NCBI GenBank assembly: GCA_001179505.1
Contig: CDMY01000452.1
Span: 10,088-74,087 of the forward strand
Reading direction: 5' to 3'
DNA: 64,000 nucleotides
DNA from: Vitrella brassicaformis CCMP3155
Lineage: Eukaryota; Protista; Chromerida
Both the position numbers and the translations under genes were made by a program. Shown piece after piece: positions 38,156 through 51,327 of the stretch (the first letter of the stretch is position 1; the number at the start of each line of letters is the position of its first letter). Under the pieces are notes generated by a model. The model was not told the DNA's origin. It saw only the letters and a list, made by a program, of their open reading frames with translations, and searched no databases.

Positions 38156-40659
38156 GCCATCTCTCTCTAGGTGCATCTGTCTGTGACTCTCTGACATGAG
38201 TGTGAAGACGGGAAGGAAGCTGTGTTTGTTGGCTGCCAGAAAGGGGTCAATGGGTGGCCGCCCCGGCGCCTTCTTGAACATGCCCTCGCGCCGCTCACGC
38301 ACGGCCGCCTTGTGCGCATCCGACGTGTCTGCAGAGCGCTCCCACATGGCCAGCAACTCGGCGTCCGACAGGTCCTCGGCGGCCCCGCTCTCATCACCAC
38401 CACCACCAGCGGGACTGCCGGCACTCAGGGGCTCGTTCAGCCATGAGGCGGATGGGGCGGCCAGGAGGTCGGATATGACGCGAGAGACCGCCGCTTGGAA
38501 GCCGTTGGCGGCCACGCGGATCTCCTAAGTATCCACACACACACACACAGACAGACAGACAGAGAGAGGTGCCGATGAGGCCTGCAAGATTCTTACACTG
38601 TTCTCTCTGCTAAAGTCGGCAGCATTGAGGGATATCAGCTTCAAATCCAAACACAGAGACGGCCAGGTCTCGTACACACCAAACTCTACACGCGACTGCA
38701 CCACAAACACACATGAGTGTGTGTGTGTGTGTGTATGGCTATCAATCAGCACACACCTGTATGTGTGTGAGGTCCGGTGTGCGCGGGAAGCTGTCGTGGA
38801 ATGCGGGCAGCGGGCACTTGACGCGAAAAGGGCGTGAGCAGGGCGACGCCAGCAGCCGATCCACCACCTTGCGCATCCACCACCTTGCGCATCAGCTCCC
38901 CGTGGGGCACAACCGCACTGCAGCCACATCAGGTCAGTCAGTGGCAAGGCTGGCACCGTACCCATGTGTGTGCCTTCACCCACTCACCTCGCCATGCTGC
39001 ACGCCGTGTATTCGTTTCGTCTGGATGAGTTCCAGAGGTCGATGAGCTCGCCCATGGACAGGTCGCCGCGCGTATCGACGGCATCCTCGTCGACATTGAG
39101 CACGGTCTTGCTGACCCTATCAGCGTCTGGACCAAGCAGCTCCTCGTCTACCGGGTCAATGAGTGGCCGATGCCGGCGGACTAGGCGGATGGCGACGGCA
39201 GACAGCTCCGTGGCAGCCACGGAAACCTCCTGTGCGACCACGAGAGGAGAGGAGAGGAGAGGAGAGGGGAGGGGGGTGTGGGGCGGACATCATGGCGTGT
39301 GGTCCGTACCGAGCCCGGCCTGGTGAACCTGCTCGCATTTCTGGCCATCTCGATCACATAAATGGCCCACTGGATCCAGTGGTTGCAGGACTGATACACA
39401 CACGTAAGGACACGACAGCACGTGTCCGTCGGGTGGGTCTGGTGCCTCTCTCTTTCTCACCAGCTTCAGGAGCTCAGGGACCACCTTGTTTTCAAGCTCC
39501 TGGATGGAGGAGGGAGACCTCCCACTGCTTGAGCGTGGTAGATCGATGAGATAAGTGACAGCCTCGCTACAGATCCGGGCGTAGTCCGGGTGGGGACATG
39601 GCACGCGGAATGGGCGAGAGGAAGGGTGACGCCGCAGTGCGGCAGTGGCGGCCAGCATGTCATCCTTCAGCCGCTTCTCATCTGTTGACATTGCAGCTGC
39701 CGGCGACCTCGGCGTACTGCACACATGGACAGCAGCAGACGACATTATCGTGACGCTCGACTTGCCGCCTGTTGCCCTCCGCTCACCTGTTGGTGTCTGT
39801 GGGGCCCCTGGTAGTGGCGGCTCCGAGTTCCTTCTGCATTAGCTGCTGGCCTTTGCTGAGCTCACTGACGAAGTTCGTGTGCCACTGGGGCAGCCACTCG
39901 ACACGCACATGCCGCAGCGGACCCAACGCAAACACCGCCGACGGATCACTGCACACACACAGAGCACATGACACCCGTACTACCCAGTGGCTGAGATGCC
40001 CATTCTGTTGGGTGACCTTTGCAGCGCTGTGCGGTGGTCCATGAAGAACTTCTTGACGGCCCGCAGGTAGGTCTCCCGCTCCTGGGCCCCATCGCACTCA
40101 CTCGACTCGACACAGCCGACACCCTCGCCCTCTCCCTGCCCTCTGTGCTGCTGCAGGAATGCCCGCACGACGGCCAGCGTCTCACTGGAGGGCTCTTTGT
40201 CGCCCTCTCTACCCGACGTGACGGTGGCGATGTCGGGGAAGGCCTCATGGATGGACTCGACTGAAACGGTGGGTGCGGCTGTGATGGGCGGGGTTGAAGG
40301 CTGAGGAGATCTCTGTTTGGGCTTGGGAGTGGCCGGCTTCGACTTGGGCGGCGACTTGGTCTTGTCCTTGTCGGTGAAGATGCCACGGAAGATGCTGCTG
40401 GGGACAGCAGGTGGGGAGTGAGAAGCGCTGGGGAAAGCCATGACCAACGGAGATGCATTGGGTTGAGATGATTCATTTGCTTCCTTCCTCTGTGCTCTTT
40501 TCCTTACTTTTCGCTCCTGAACCAGTCGAGCACAGAGAGAGAGCCCTGGTCCTGACCCTCTGGGTGTTGCTGTTGCTGCCCATCGTTCCCTTCTTCAGCA
40601 GAGGCCGGCTTGTTGCGCGAATCGTCACTCGTGGTGCTTGATCTTGGCTGATTTTCCAT
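36310..40659 (-). CDS. Bromodomain-like x2 / coiled coil / C-terminal RING protein, frameshifted as assembled (alternative ATG at 40821)
   Basis: HPSSRPFRVPCPHPDYARIC; LLASPCSRPFRV..PDLTHIQSRVEFGVYETWPSLCLDLKLISLNAADF (bromodomain); long coiled coil; CQLCLEKPPDIILLPCGHK|VVCQEC..CPEHTCRQP RING. Confidence 0.65.
38862..38893 (-). repeat. Perfect 16-bp tandem duplication inside a coding exon
   Basis: caccaccttgcgcatc twice (38862-38877, 38878-38893). Confidence 0.95.
40070..40425 (-). repeat. Inverted paralogous exon shared with 63625-64000 (+)
   Basis: SSIFRGIFT.KDKTK...VESIHEAFPDIATVTSGREGDKEPS.ETLAVVRAFLQ...EGEGVGCVESSECDGAQERETYLRA at both sites. Confidence 0.95.
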
Positions 40660-40787
40660 ACCTGGGGTGTCCTTTGATAGAAGGAAGTGTCTGCCTGCAG
40701 AGATAATGAGTCGGGGCTTCGTAGCTCGCCTCCCCTCCGCCTTTTCAAGCTCGCACGAGGCGGAGGAGTTACCGGAAACGATCCGCG

Positions 40788-41587
40788 ATGCTTGTAGGTC
40801 TGCTGATATCTGCGCTTTCATCTTTCACTGCCATCCATCCGGCATCTTCGTCGGAGCTCTCTTGCCATCGACACGCAGTCACTGAGGCAAGCAGTCGCGC
40901 ACACGTGATGAATGGACACACAGCAGCAAACAGACAGACAGACACACAGGCAGGCAGCAACGCAGCAAAGGCAAGCCGCACATCTTGATCAATCCTCATC
41001 CGATGTCTGTCTGTCCGTCTGTCTGTCTGTATGTATGTGTGTCTGTGTTTTCTTTGTCTGCAGTTCCATCGTTTCATCCATCTCTCACCACTTCGTCGAA
41101 GGCCACTTCGGTCAACGCGAGAAGCCACAGACGATGTCCTTCATCCCGCAAGAAACACGGCCTTCCTTGCGCGACCAAGAATCCACCAAGTCGCCTCCCA
41201 CCTCCTTCCCTCATCACGGCGCGCAAGACGGCGGCAGAGCTCAACAAGGGAGCAGAGAAAGGCATGCTTGTGCCGCAACACGCGAAGGGACCCGGCTGCG
41301 TGTGAGGACGGGCAGGACAGGCGGCGGCTTACGCGCACGTCTGCTTCCAAGGGAGGGTCTGCTGCTGTCGCTGAGCCGCCTGCCGTCCCTCGTGAAGCCA
41401 CTGGGGGCAAGAAGGACGTCAAGAGGGTGCTGATCGTGATGAGTGACACTGGTGGGGGGCACAAGGCGTCTGCCTTGGCGCTCAAGGACGCCTTGTGGGA
41501 GAACTACAATGACAACGTCGATGTCAGAATCGGTACGTGTGTGGATGCGGGCAAGCGTGTGTGTGCACACAGGTCAGTAAATGTGTA

Positions 41588-41623
<36 letters not shown>

Positions 41624-42728
41624 TGACATCTGGACGGACTATGGTGTGTTTCCCTTCAACACATTCGTGCCCTCTTATCGCTTCATGTCGACCTACCCCA
41701 TCACGTGGAAGCTCTTCTACGAGTGGACCAAATGGCCCAGCACTATCATGGGCGGGGAGGTGGTCGGACACGCCTTATGTGGCTCGCGCTTCCGGCAGCT
41801 GATTGAGTCCTACAATCCCGACCTGATTGTCTCGGTGCATCCCCTGTGTCAGCACGTGATGCTGCGAGTCCTGCAAGACATCCGCCAGATGAGGAACCGA
41901 AACATCCCTTTCGTCACCGTCGTGACCGACCTGGGCGGCGCGCATCCATCATGGTTTCACCCTGGTGTGGATCTCTGCTTCGTCCCGTCGCAGCCTGTCC
42001 GCGAGATCGCCCTGCAGGAGGGCATTAAGCCCGACCAGATGCGGCAATACGGGCTGCCTATACGGCGGGGCTTCTGGCAGCAGGAGAAGCGGCCCAAAGG
42101 CGAGATACGGGACAAGCTGGGGCTGACAAAGGGCGTCCCGACGTGCCTGGTGGTGGGCGGGGGAGAGGGGGTGGGCGGTCTCGACAAAGTGGTGGATGCT
42201 CTGGTGGCGTGTCTGGGCACCAAGCCTTTCGACAGCGAGGTGGTCGCCATCTGTGGCAAGAACGGGGCTCTCAGGAGGAGGCTCGAGCGCAAGTACTGTG
42301 ACGACGCCGCAAACGCCAACAACGGCTACCCGAGAATGCGGCCCAGAAACGTGTCTGTGAAGCCTCACGGCTTCGTGACCAACATGGAGGACTTCATGGC
42401 TGCGGCGGACTGCATTGTCACCAAAGCCGGCCCCGGAACCATTGCAGAGTCGGCCATCCGGGGGCTGCCCATCATGCTGTCGTCCTACCTGCCTGGCCAG
42501 GAGGAGCCGAACGTGCCCTATGTGATCGATCGCGGGTTTGGCGACTACTCGTCGGTGCCGTCGCAGATAGCGCGTCGAGTGGCGTCGTGGCTGGAGGACC
42601 CCAAGAAGCTCCAAGACATGTCGGGGAAGGCGGTGGCGTCGTCGCGGCCGTCGGCCACGATAGACATAGCGACCGAGTTGGGGGAGATCCTCGCCTTGAA
42701 TAAGAGAGAGAGGAAGAGGCAAAGCTGA
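40788..42728 (+). CDS. MGD1: Monogalactosyldiacylglycerol synthase (GT28) with predicted bipartite plastid-targeting leader, 3 exons
   Basis: RVLIVMSDTGGGHKASA, IVSVHPLCQHV, TVVTDLGGAHPSWFH, GLPIRRGF, VGGGEGVG, TKAGPGTIAE, GQEEPNVPYV. The 5' exon MLVGLLISALSSF splices (phase 0) to an Arg/Ser-rich FHRFIHLSPLRRRPLRS segment. Confidence 0.92.
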
Positions 42729-43428
42729 CGCGGGGAGGCGGGAGAATGGGTGGCCGGGCGGAGTGCTGTTGCTCTATGAGTGTGTGTACATACAGTATAT
42801 ATGGGAAGGAGAGGTTTTTCAGTCAGATGTGCTCTCATGCTGTCGTGTGACGCGTGTGGTGTAAGTAGATTGATTGGCTAAGCAAGCGGGGTGTGTAGAT
42901 GCCTGTGGACGGACGCCTTTTTGGGTGTATCGTTGGCAAAATGACGGTATGCATGATTTTTCACCCATCGCTCAGCAGGCAGCATCAGTCAGCCTCGGTC
43001 GCTATGCACGTGCGATTCCGGCGATAGGGAGGGAGTGTGTGATCGCCTGTGTGCGCTTTAGCATGTCTGCTGGGACGTATTGATGTTGCCAGTTGTCAGG
43101 TGGCAGCACAGACGCATCGCAGGCAGACATGCAGACGCCCACATGGACGCATCCACGGTTTTGCTCCATGCGTGTCAGAGACGTGGCCCGATAATTTTTG
43201 TACTACCCCTCACTTGCAAGATAGGCACATATATGCAACAGGATAACAGCGCAGTGGCAGCAATGCAAATGCACTCACCCAACACACCCTGTCTGTATGC
43301 CGCCCACCGGCAGATAGCAAAGCGTCAGCCAAATGATATATAGATACCCCACCAAAACGAAAGCAAGCAATCAAGAGCAGAAGATGACGGTCCTCAAAGG
43401 CGTCGAGCAAAAAACCAGCAAGACAAAC

Positions 43429-46400
43429 TCATCCCGCCATCGACTGCCGTGCGCCCCTCGAGTGTTTTCGTGGCGACACGACAGCGGGCGGCATAGGCAC
43501 TGGCGGCAGCACCTTCCCGGCCTTCTGAAGGCTGGCCAGGGGTGTCTCGCCCCACATGTCAGCGGCACTCGCAGGCTGTGGCTCCCCCTCTTGTCTCAGT
43601 TTTTCCTTGTAGTGTGGGAATCTCGCCAGCTGGATCTCGTTGCCGGAGCGTTTCGTCTGCGCCATCCGGAGAATGCATCGCCGACCATGTGTATGCGTGT
43701 GATTGTCTGAGTCTGTTCATTGCTCACCTCGCCGATTTGTTGGAAGATACTCGTCGCCTGTGGTGCATAACGTGCAAATGGATGACAGAAGAGACGGTGA
43801 ATCCCATGTGTTTTTCAGCACACCCTACCCCACATCCACTCACCCGCGCTTGTCTCGGCGGCGTCAACCTCGAGCTTCCAGCTTCCTGACGACAAATAGG
43901 GAGCTCATCCCTACAACGAAGTATCTCTTGTGTCACCCACCCACCGGGGCAGCAGCGGGCGGCGCTTGTGAGGGAGACACCGACCTCTCAGACGGCGTCT
44001 GGACGGCGGACGGGCCCGCCCTCGATCCCACACGCTGGTCGCTCGGTGGCGTGCGCGACGGCTCTCTCGGTGGCTGCTGCTCGAGTGACGACGGCGCGAA
44101 GCCGTTCGCTCCCACTGCTGGACGGTCCGAATGAGAAAGAACAGGCACGAAGCCACCCTCTGTGACACGACAGAGGCTTTGAGACACACACGTTGACGCC
44201 TGTACGTTCTGTGCCTCTTTCTATATACCTTTGCTGGGTGTGACTGGTCGGGAGCTCTTGGTCGAGAGCTGGCGGGAGAGGTGGTGCAGCTCTGACTCGG
44301 CCTGGCAGAGGAAAGAGCGCACCTGTCAAGTGCCTCCTTGCTGACTTGTTGCTACGGCTGACTGACTGACCCTTCTGCGTGCGTTGCTGGTGTCGCTGAA
44401 CTGCACCAGGACCTGACGCAGCTGACCCTGCATCCGACTGAACTCGGCATGGACATTTGCGCATTAGAACATAAGTGCATGCCCGCACACGCACATGGCC
44501 AGTCTTGCGTACCCGTATTCATCTCTCTTTTCGTCCATGTCTGTCCGCAGGTTGGCCAGCTCGTCAGCCACGGGCCCCTTGAGGTGGGCGACCTCTCGTC
44601 TGAGGACCTCGATGTCTTGCTCAAGGAAGCTGCCCCATACACACACACAGGGAGAGAGAGACTCCATGTGGGTGTGCGTGTGAGGTCTCTCTGAGTGCCG
44701 ACCTGTGTTTGCCGGTGACTTGTGCCTTGACGGCTTCCAGCTCCCGGGCAAATGCGTCGTTTCTCTCGTCTGCTGATGTCGATCTGGTGTCGATTTGCTT
44801 CTGCAGCTGGGCTAGACGGCGCTTCATGAACTCAGTGGCCTGGTGGATGAGACACGGGAGCTTTGCTCTTGCAATGTCTCCATGAATCAAAGTCCGTGCT
44901 GTAGATATGCATACCTCTTGTATGGCCTCCATTGCCGTCTGTCGCTTGGAACTCTCGGCCGCAAACTCCTCCATCTGGGCTGCACGCACAGGGGAACAGA
45001 CCACATCCATGCAGATCCACGGAGGTGCCCAATTGCGTTGCTGGCTCACCGACTGACGTCTCGCTGATTTCTGAGACCTTGTCACGCATGATCGACAGCT
45101 GAGAGTCGTGGTCCTCCGACTTGCGCTCAAGACACTGAACCACACAACACACCGACCCTGTTTGTCCGCGCGTCTATCGTGATAAGAAGATGCCTTTGCT
45201 TGCCTCTATCCGTTGCGCCAGCTGGTTCACTTGCGCCTGCGTGTCTCCCAGCCTCCTGTCGACGCCCTTGATCGCGTCATGCAGCGCACTGCAAACACAA
45301 GCAACCAATCACGGATCCTCTTGCCGTGTGTGTGTGTGTGTGTGTGTGCATCTACATTTCTTCCCGTCCCATCTGTGTCCGTATTTACTGTATGTCCATG
45401 GCCATTGTCTCCACCAGGTGCTCCAAGTGTGTCAGCCGATCGATGACCGTGTGGGGCTTTCCGTGGCTCACACGCGTCACACGCGACTCGCGCTGCGACG
45501 GCAGCTTGGTGCCACGATGGTGGGCTCCCTTGGCCACCAGCAGCGCCCGTCTCGACCGCGGTGGATGCGGTTGAAGCAGGGAGGATGATGGGGGGCCTTG
45601 TGGGGACGACAGTGGGGGCGGTGTGGATATGGAGAGGGGAGTGGACGATGGGAGCGGTGTAGAGATGGTGTGGTGGCGGATGTCCTGGCCGCCAGTGCGT
45701 CGCGGGAGCAGGGTGGAGGTGGTGTCTTGGACGTCGTGCAGGAGCCTTCGTGCGGTGTCTTCGTCGATCCCAAGTAGCTCCCACATGACCCGCTGAGCCT
45801 TGGTGTTGTTGTCAAACTGCTCCTGGACGCGTTTGCTTTCCTCGGCCATCTTACGCAGCAGCTCTGACGCACACGTGCATGCGTCTCCGTGTACTTCTAC
45901 ACTTGTATGTGTGTGTCTCCCTTTGTTTGTGCGTGCGTACCTTCCTTCATTGAGTCGATGATGACTGAGTGGAGAGAGCCCGTCTTGTCGACAGACGATA
46001 GCAGCCGCTCCATGTCCGTCTTCAGAGACACGATCTCCGTGTGGTCCACCTGATCGTACAAAGCAAGCTTCGCATCGGTCCGCTGTCAATGTTCTTTTCT
46101 TGCCTTTGATCTCAGAGCAAGGTCGACGGCGACCACGTCAGCCTGCATACACGTAGACAAACCTGAACATATAAATCTTTGAGGCCCCAATGCTTCCACC
46201 CACCTTTTTGCTGAGCTCCAAATCGAGGCTATCGCGTCTCCCGCTGAACACTGTCGTAGCGGCCTGCATGGGCAATGCACACCACCGACAAACGAAGGGA
46301 TAGATGTTCGTCTGTGTCCTCTGCAGCGAGACCCCAATTTCCCCACCGTTTCAATCATGGTTCTCATTTTCTGCACATCTTTGGCCAGGTCCTGCGAGTC

Positions 46401-46801
46401 CCTGCTTCTTGTGTGCCCTGCCAGGCGCCCCTCGATCCCCTTGACGGCCGTCAGGGGGGCATAGGTGGTCTTGCAGGTCTCGTCGAAGCCCTCCAGCTTG
46501 ACCTCCATGCGGCCCTCGATGTCCATCTTGAGCTGTGTGAGCCACGTCCGGACGACATCGGCGTAGGCCATGCTGCCCAGCTCCCTCTCGAGTGTGTGCA
46601 GCACCTTCTGCTGACGCCGGCAGATGTCATACAGCTCACTCGACTGACAGGGAAAAGATAAGTGGGCTTGATGACAAGGATGTGGTGTCCTTCCTGTACT
46701 CTTTAATGACTGACCTCTTTTTCGAGTTTGTTGATTCGGTCGTTGATCATTATGCTGTCGATAATGCGTGTCGGAGCACGGTTTGTGACGATCCCAGCCA
46801 T
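43429..46801 (-). CDS. Large coiled-coil hypothetical protein, >10 exons
   Basis: MAGIVTNRAP..KLEKE|SSELYDICRRQQKVLHTLERE..; heptad exons ALHDAIKGVDRRLGDTQAQV, MKRRLAQLQKQID, EQDIEVLRREVAHLK; 3' end uncertain. Confidence 0.6.
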
Positions 46802-48322
46802 GATGGTGCGTGATTGTTGCAGTGACAGAGCAACAGTGTTGCAATGTCGGTGTCGGAAAGCTCTTCTGTGAAGCCAATCGGGTTGCCCTTGCTCCCACGG
46901 AGAGAAGACCTCTTCGGACCGGAGATTTCAAATCGGGGGGAAGAGCTGACCGATGGGCCCCGAAACGATCGCGGCCACTTCGCGGCCCCAAAAGAAGGCA
47001 GAGAAGGTGGCGAAAAATCCCGTCATGGCTGGACCTTTGAAGGTCGCGTGGGTGAACGGGGATCTCGTTACATCGTCGAGACTTCTCAAGAGGATCTTCT
47101 GCTGCTGTCCGAGAAGCCTGCGGCGTGCGAACGTGCGTGCGAGAAGGGAGCGGTTGCTTGGTGGGACTAAGCGAATCCCATCAGTCAGGCGTCATCAGAG
47201 GACAGCTCAAGGAGCAGGACGGCCCATTGAGAACGTCTGTGTTACACTGTATTGGAATCTCTCTCTCCGTCTTCAGCCTCGTAGCTGGTGTGTCGGGAGT
47301 CGCACATGCTGCTGCGGGAGTCAGCGCTGCGGTGCAAAAGTTTCGCACGCCACAGCCGCCGCAGACACAGGTAACTGAATCGAGGAGTGGGTGCGATAAG
47401 CCAATGGGTGATCTCACGTGTGCCTATTGACTGTAATTTTTCAGGACACAGGAGTACAAGTCCCACCTCGGTAGACATCGACCTTGTCGGTTCTGTCCAT
47501 GTTCCAAGCGATAGAGAATCAAGTCACTTCGGTTCGGACAGAAAGGCAATCAGCGGTGCTGCCCTGGTGAGTAGGTGATTTGTACCGAGTAGGCAGCGCG
47601 TGATGGACGTCTTCATGTCGCATATTAGCAGCCTGTCTGATGTGAAAAGATCCCTTCTGCACTAATATGCGATGAAAGACGTCGACTTAAATTGGTGCCG
47701 GCCGTTGTTGTCTTGTTGAATGACAGATGTGTGCCGCTCAGATCTCGTCGTTTCGCTATCACATGCATACATATCCGTATTGATCCGCACACCGCTGCAA
47801 GATCGCATCATCTCACCTACACATACCCACGCTCTCACACGTACGTATACATCCCCGCACACGACGGACCAACAAACTCTCGCGTGTGCTCACACGCACA
47901 CTCGTGTAGACACTCGTACTCACGAGTCACGACACCTTCACTTCGCGCACACACGCCCAACACGCCCACTCATTAACGCTCAGTGGATCACCGGGTGCAT
48001 CAAGTTGGTAGTCGTCACAAACCCGACCATAGAACGGCCAACCAACAACCGACATGGATGCAGGGACACACAGGTACGCATTGGCAACACAGACGGACAG
48101 GCTGACAGACAGAATCAGGGCTTCTCTATGGTGTTGCGGGAAAAAGCCAGACGTTCCACCGTGAGTGACCCTCTCGGTCAGTACTACGTGTGTGTAATTT
48201 CACTCATACTAGGTCCACTGAGCAGGTCCGGACAGTACGTACGTCCACATACGTGGCTGCAGCCATCCAACTGGCTGCATACGTCCACGTGCAGACCAAC
48301 TGACGACGGACAGACATCACAG

Positions 48323-48353
<31 letters not shown>

Positions 48354-49152
48354 CGACTAGGGTAGCAATAGGTGCGTATGCCGTGTACCACTTGAACACA
48401 CATGGTACCCGGCCTCCATGAAGTGAACCGTACGCTACGTACATCCGGTGCCGACGACACTGCCGCATGGCCGTAGCCATCCACCCGAGCACCCAAATGA
48501 AAAAAACAACACACTCAGATGAAGCACCATCATGACCATTCCTCCGTGCAGCAGCAAGGCAGGCGGTTGCCATGCAGGGAGAGAGGGAGGGAGGGAAAGA
48601 CGATCGACTGCTGATAGACAGGCAAGACACCCGAACAACACATCAAAAGGCAAGAGCAATACACTGCAGACGACAAGGCACAAGGGCACACACAGGTCAG
48701 GCGGACAGCCAAACCACTCATCCCTTTAAGCTTAGGACAGACAGCCGCACGACAAGGACGAGACTGCAAGTAGACGGCCATACAGGACGAAGGCATCCGG
48801 GCGGAAAGGCAAACAAACCATTCGTTCCCGTAAGCCTTCTCACTCACAAGACAGACAGACAGACAGACAGCCGCACACGACAAAGACACGACAAGAGCTG
48901 CATTCACTGCACTACACCAACAGACACTCACACTCACTGCGCTGAGACGGGCACCCAGGCAGGGCATAAAAATCGCCATCCATCGTGAAGACTCTCACAC
49001 TTGCTGTGCTCCCACCCACCATGACAGTGAAACGGTATCACACACCGAACGAAGCGCTCACGCCAGGCATGAAACATGGACCGTCCCACATCCATCCAAG
49101 TGTGACACGCAACAGATAGAGACAGACAGACAGACAGACAGGGGGACTACCG

Positions 49153-50971
49153 TCACACAGCACTCCTGCGCATGCACTTGCCCCGCACGAACCGCACCAG
49201 CACCCCTCCAATGTTGGTGCCCGCCAACAGGATGGCCGCGAGGGTGACGGGGGGAACCACATCGGCCAGTCCGCCGAAACTGCTGCTCAGAAACACCGTC
49301 AGAAGCTGATCGGCGAGCAACACAGGATACCACCAGATGCAGCCATTCAGAGGGAGACGGGGAGGTGGGTGTCTTGTTTTGATGGACGCACCTGGAATAT
49401 GAGCATGGGCACGTACCCCACCAGGGCCAGCATCTCCAGGTCTAGAAAGGCCTCACTCTTGACGGCGATTCCGAAGAAGGGCAGGTGCCGAAAATGACTC
49501 CAACACCTGACAGACAGACAGAGGTGCACACACGTGTGATAATCCGCCCAACGGACTGAGTCATCGATCTGTGAGCATACATACATGTGCAGGACACCGA
49601 TCGAGAAGAAGCTGCTGAAGAGGACAAACACCAGCCCCGCCCCAGTGCCGCCGAACTCATGCTCATCCCGTTCCTCTTCAATGGTCGCCAAACGCACCAC
49701 AGCATGCTCGCTGCTCTGCTCCGACTTGGTCGTGTCAGTGGAACCCTCCTTCTTGATGGCCAGCAGATCCACCAGGACAGTGGCGGGGCAGGACTCTGAC
49801 GGCCGAGGCATCTTGCCGATGTGCACAGGCAGAGTGGTCTCCACCACCTCATCCGGCAGGTCCATGTCGCCATTGTGGGCAGCGTGGTGATTGCCGAAGA
49901 CGGCCTCGGACGAGAGGGCACTAAAGGCGAATGACGGGCAGTACGACACCAGGGTATCGTCGCTGAACGTGGCCGGCGGGTGCTGGTTCTGGTGGACTGC
50001 CTCAGGTGCAGCATGAAGAACAGCCAATGTGGCTGATTTCTTGAGTGGTTGGGCGGGCTGGACGGCCGGCTGCTCTGCTTGCTCACACGTGGCGTCTGCG
50101 GGCTTGGCACTCTTATCCTTGGGTGGCTCGCGCTTTTTTCTTCGGAAGGTGAGGGCATACGACTCGTGGCGCGTCACCTAAGGCCCATCCACACAAGCGA
50201 TAGCAACACCCCTGATCATGTATGTCTTCAGACTCGGCCACTCACCCATTTCAAGTTGTACAAGACGACAGTGATCTCGTTGAAGAAAACCATCGCCAGA
50301 AGATGGGCGCAAGCGGCCCAGAATATGACGCCCCTGTAGTCGATGCGGAACAGATACCCCACAAACACAACTGAGACAGACAGACACACACACAGAGAGA
50401 GAGAGAGAGAGCAGCCGCCATTCGCCATTTGGCCATCCATCCGCTTTTCTTCAGTGCGCCAACTGACCATGAGTGACTGTGCCGAGCCCGGCGACCACCG
50501 CCACGACCACTCGCCACACGACCGTGTTGGGGTACTGCTTCTTGCTACGCCGAGTGTAGGCGAACGCCGCGAAGACCAGACCACACACAGCCGCGAGATA
50601 CGCAAACACCCAGGGGCTCAGCTGTGTGTCATTTGGATACATCATACACAAGACGATCGGTCTCGAGCGTCCTGCCTGCCTGCCTGCCTGCCTGCGGCCA
50701 TGGACCATACCATCGCAGGGCAGCTCTGTCCGTAGGGCATCGACAGGCCGGGGATCTTCAGGAGGAGCAGAGAGAGCGATGAATACTTAGCTCGATAGTG
50801 ATCCAAATTGCATGCATAGCCCTGATCTGAGCGCACACACAGACATACAGACAGACATGGATCGTCCGTCTGCTCGCCTTATCTCGATGAGTCTGTGCGT
50901 GTGTGTATTCTACCGATGAGTGTGGCTGGACACAGCCGGGGACCAGACACCACAATGGGCTCCACCTGCAT
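49153..50971 (-). CDS. Multi-pass membrane hypothetical protein
   Basis: Hydrophobic exons SPWVFAYLAAVCGLVFAAFAY, GVIFWAACAHLLAMVFF, AGLVFVLFSSFFSIGV, LLTVFLSSSFGGLADVVPPVTLAAILLAG flanking a polar loop; start uncertain. Confidence 0.55.
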
Positions 50972-51327
50972 CAGAATGCGAGACGCGTTTCATCTGTCCT
51001 TCCATGCATTCAGAACCATGGTGTCCGTCCGCTTGCCTGGTCAAGTCGCCACTCGGTGACATATTTCCACAACAGGCACTTGTGCTTCGTCGACGAGAAA
51101 GCCTCGCACTCGGGCTCCTCAACACACTGCACTCACATCCATCCATCCATCCATGCAGCAGTCTATGAGCAGCCGCGTGCATTCATTCGTGCGCGTCTGT
51201 CCGCACCAGATCTTGGCACTGAGATGGCGCATACGCCCTCCTGAGCACACACATGGGCAACGGAACAGCAAGGCGCAAAGGAATGGAGCTACTCGCTGCG
51301 GTCCATCTATCTATGTGTGTATAGCGC

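Noticed and set aside
40440-40475. Apparent NASP similarity between 40450 (-) and 63500 (+)
   Set aside because: The 40 kb copy lies in a predicted intron and the 63.5 kb exon is probably read in another frame; coincidental.
41949-42722. 257-aa antisense ORF
   Set aside because: Shadow of MGD1.
46953-47570. Possible plus-strand gene divergent from the 46801 gene
   Set aside because: Lower-GC ORF pieces with no motif or consistent codon bias; cannot be supported.
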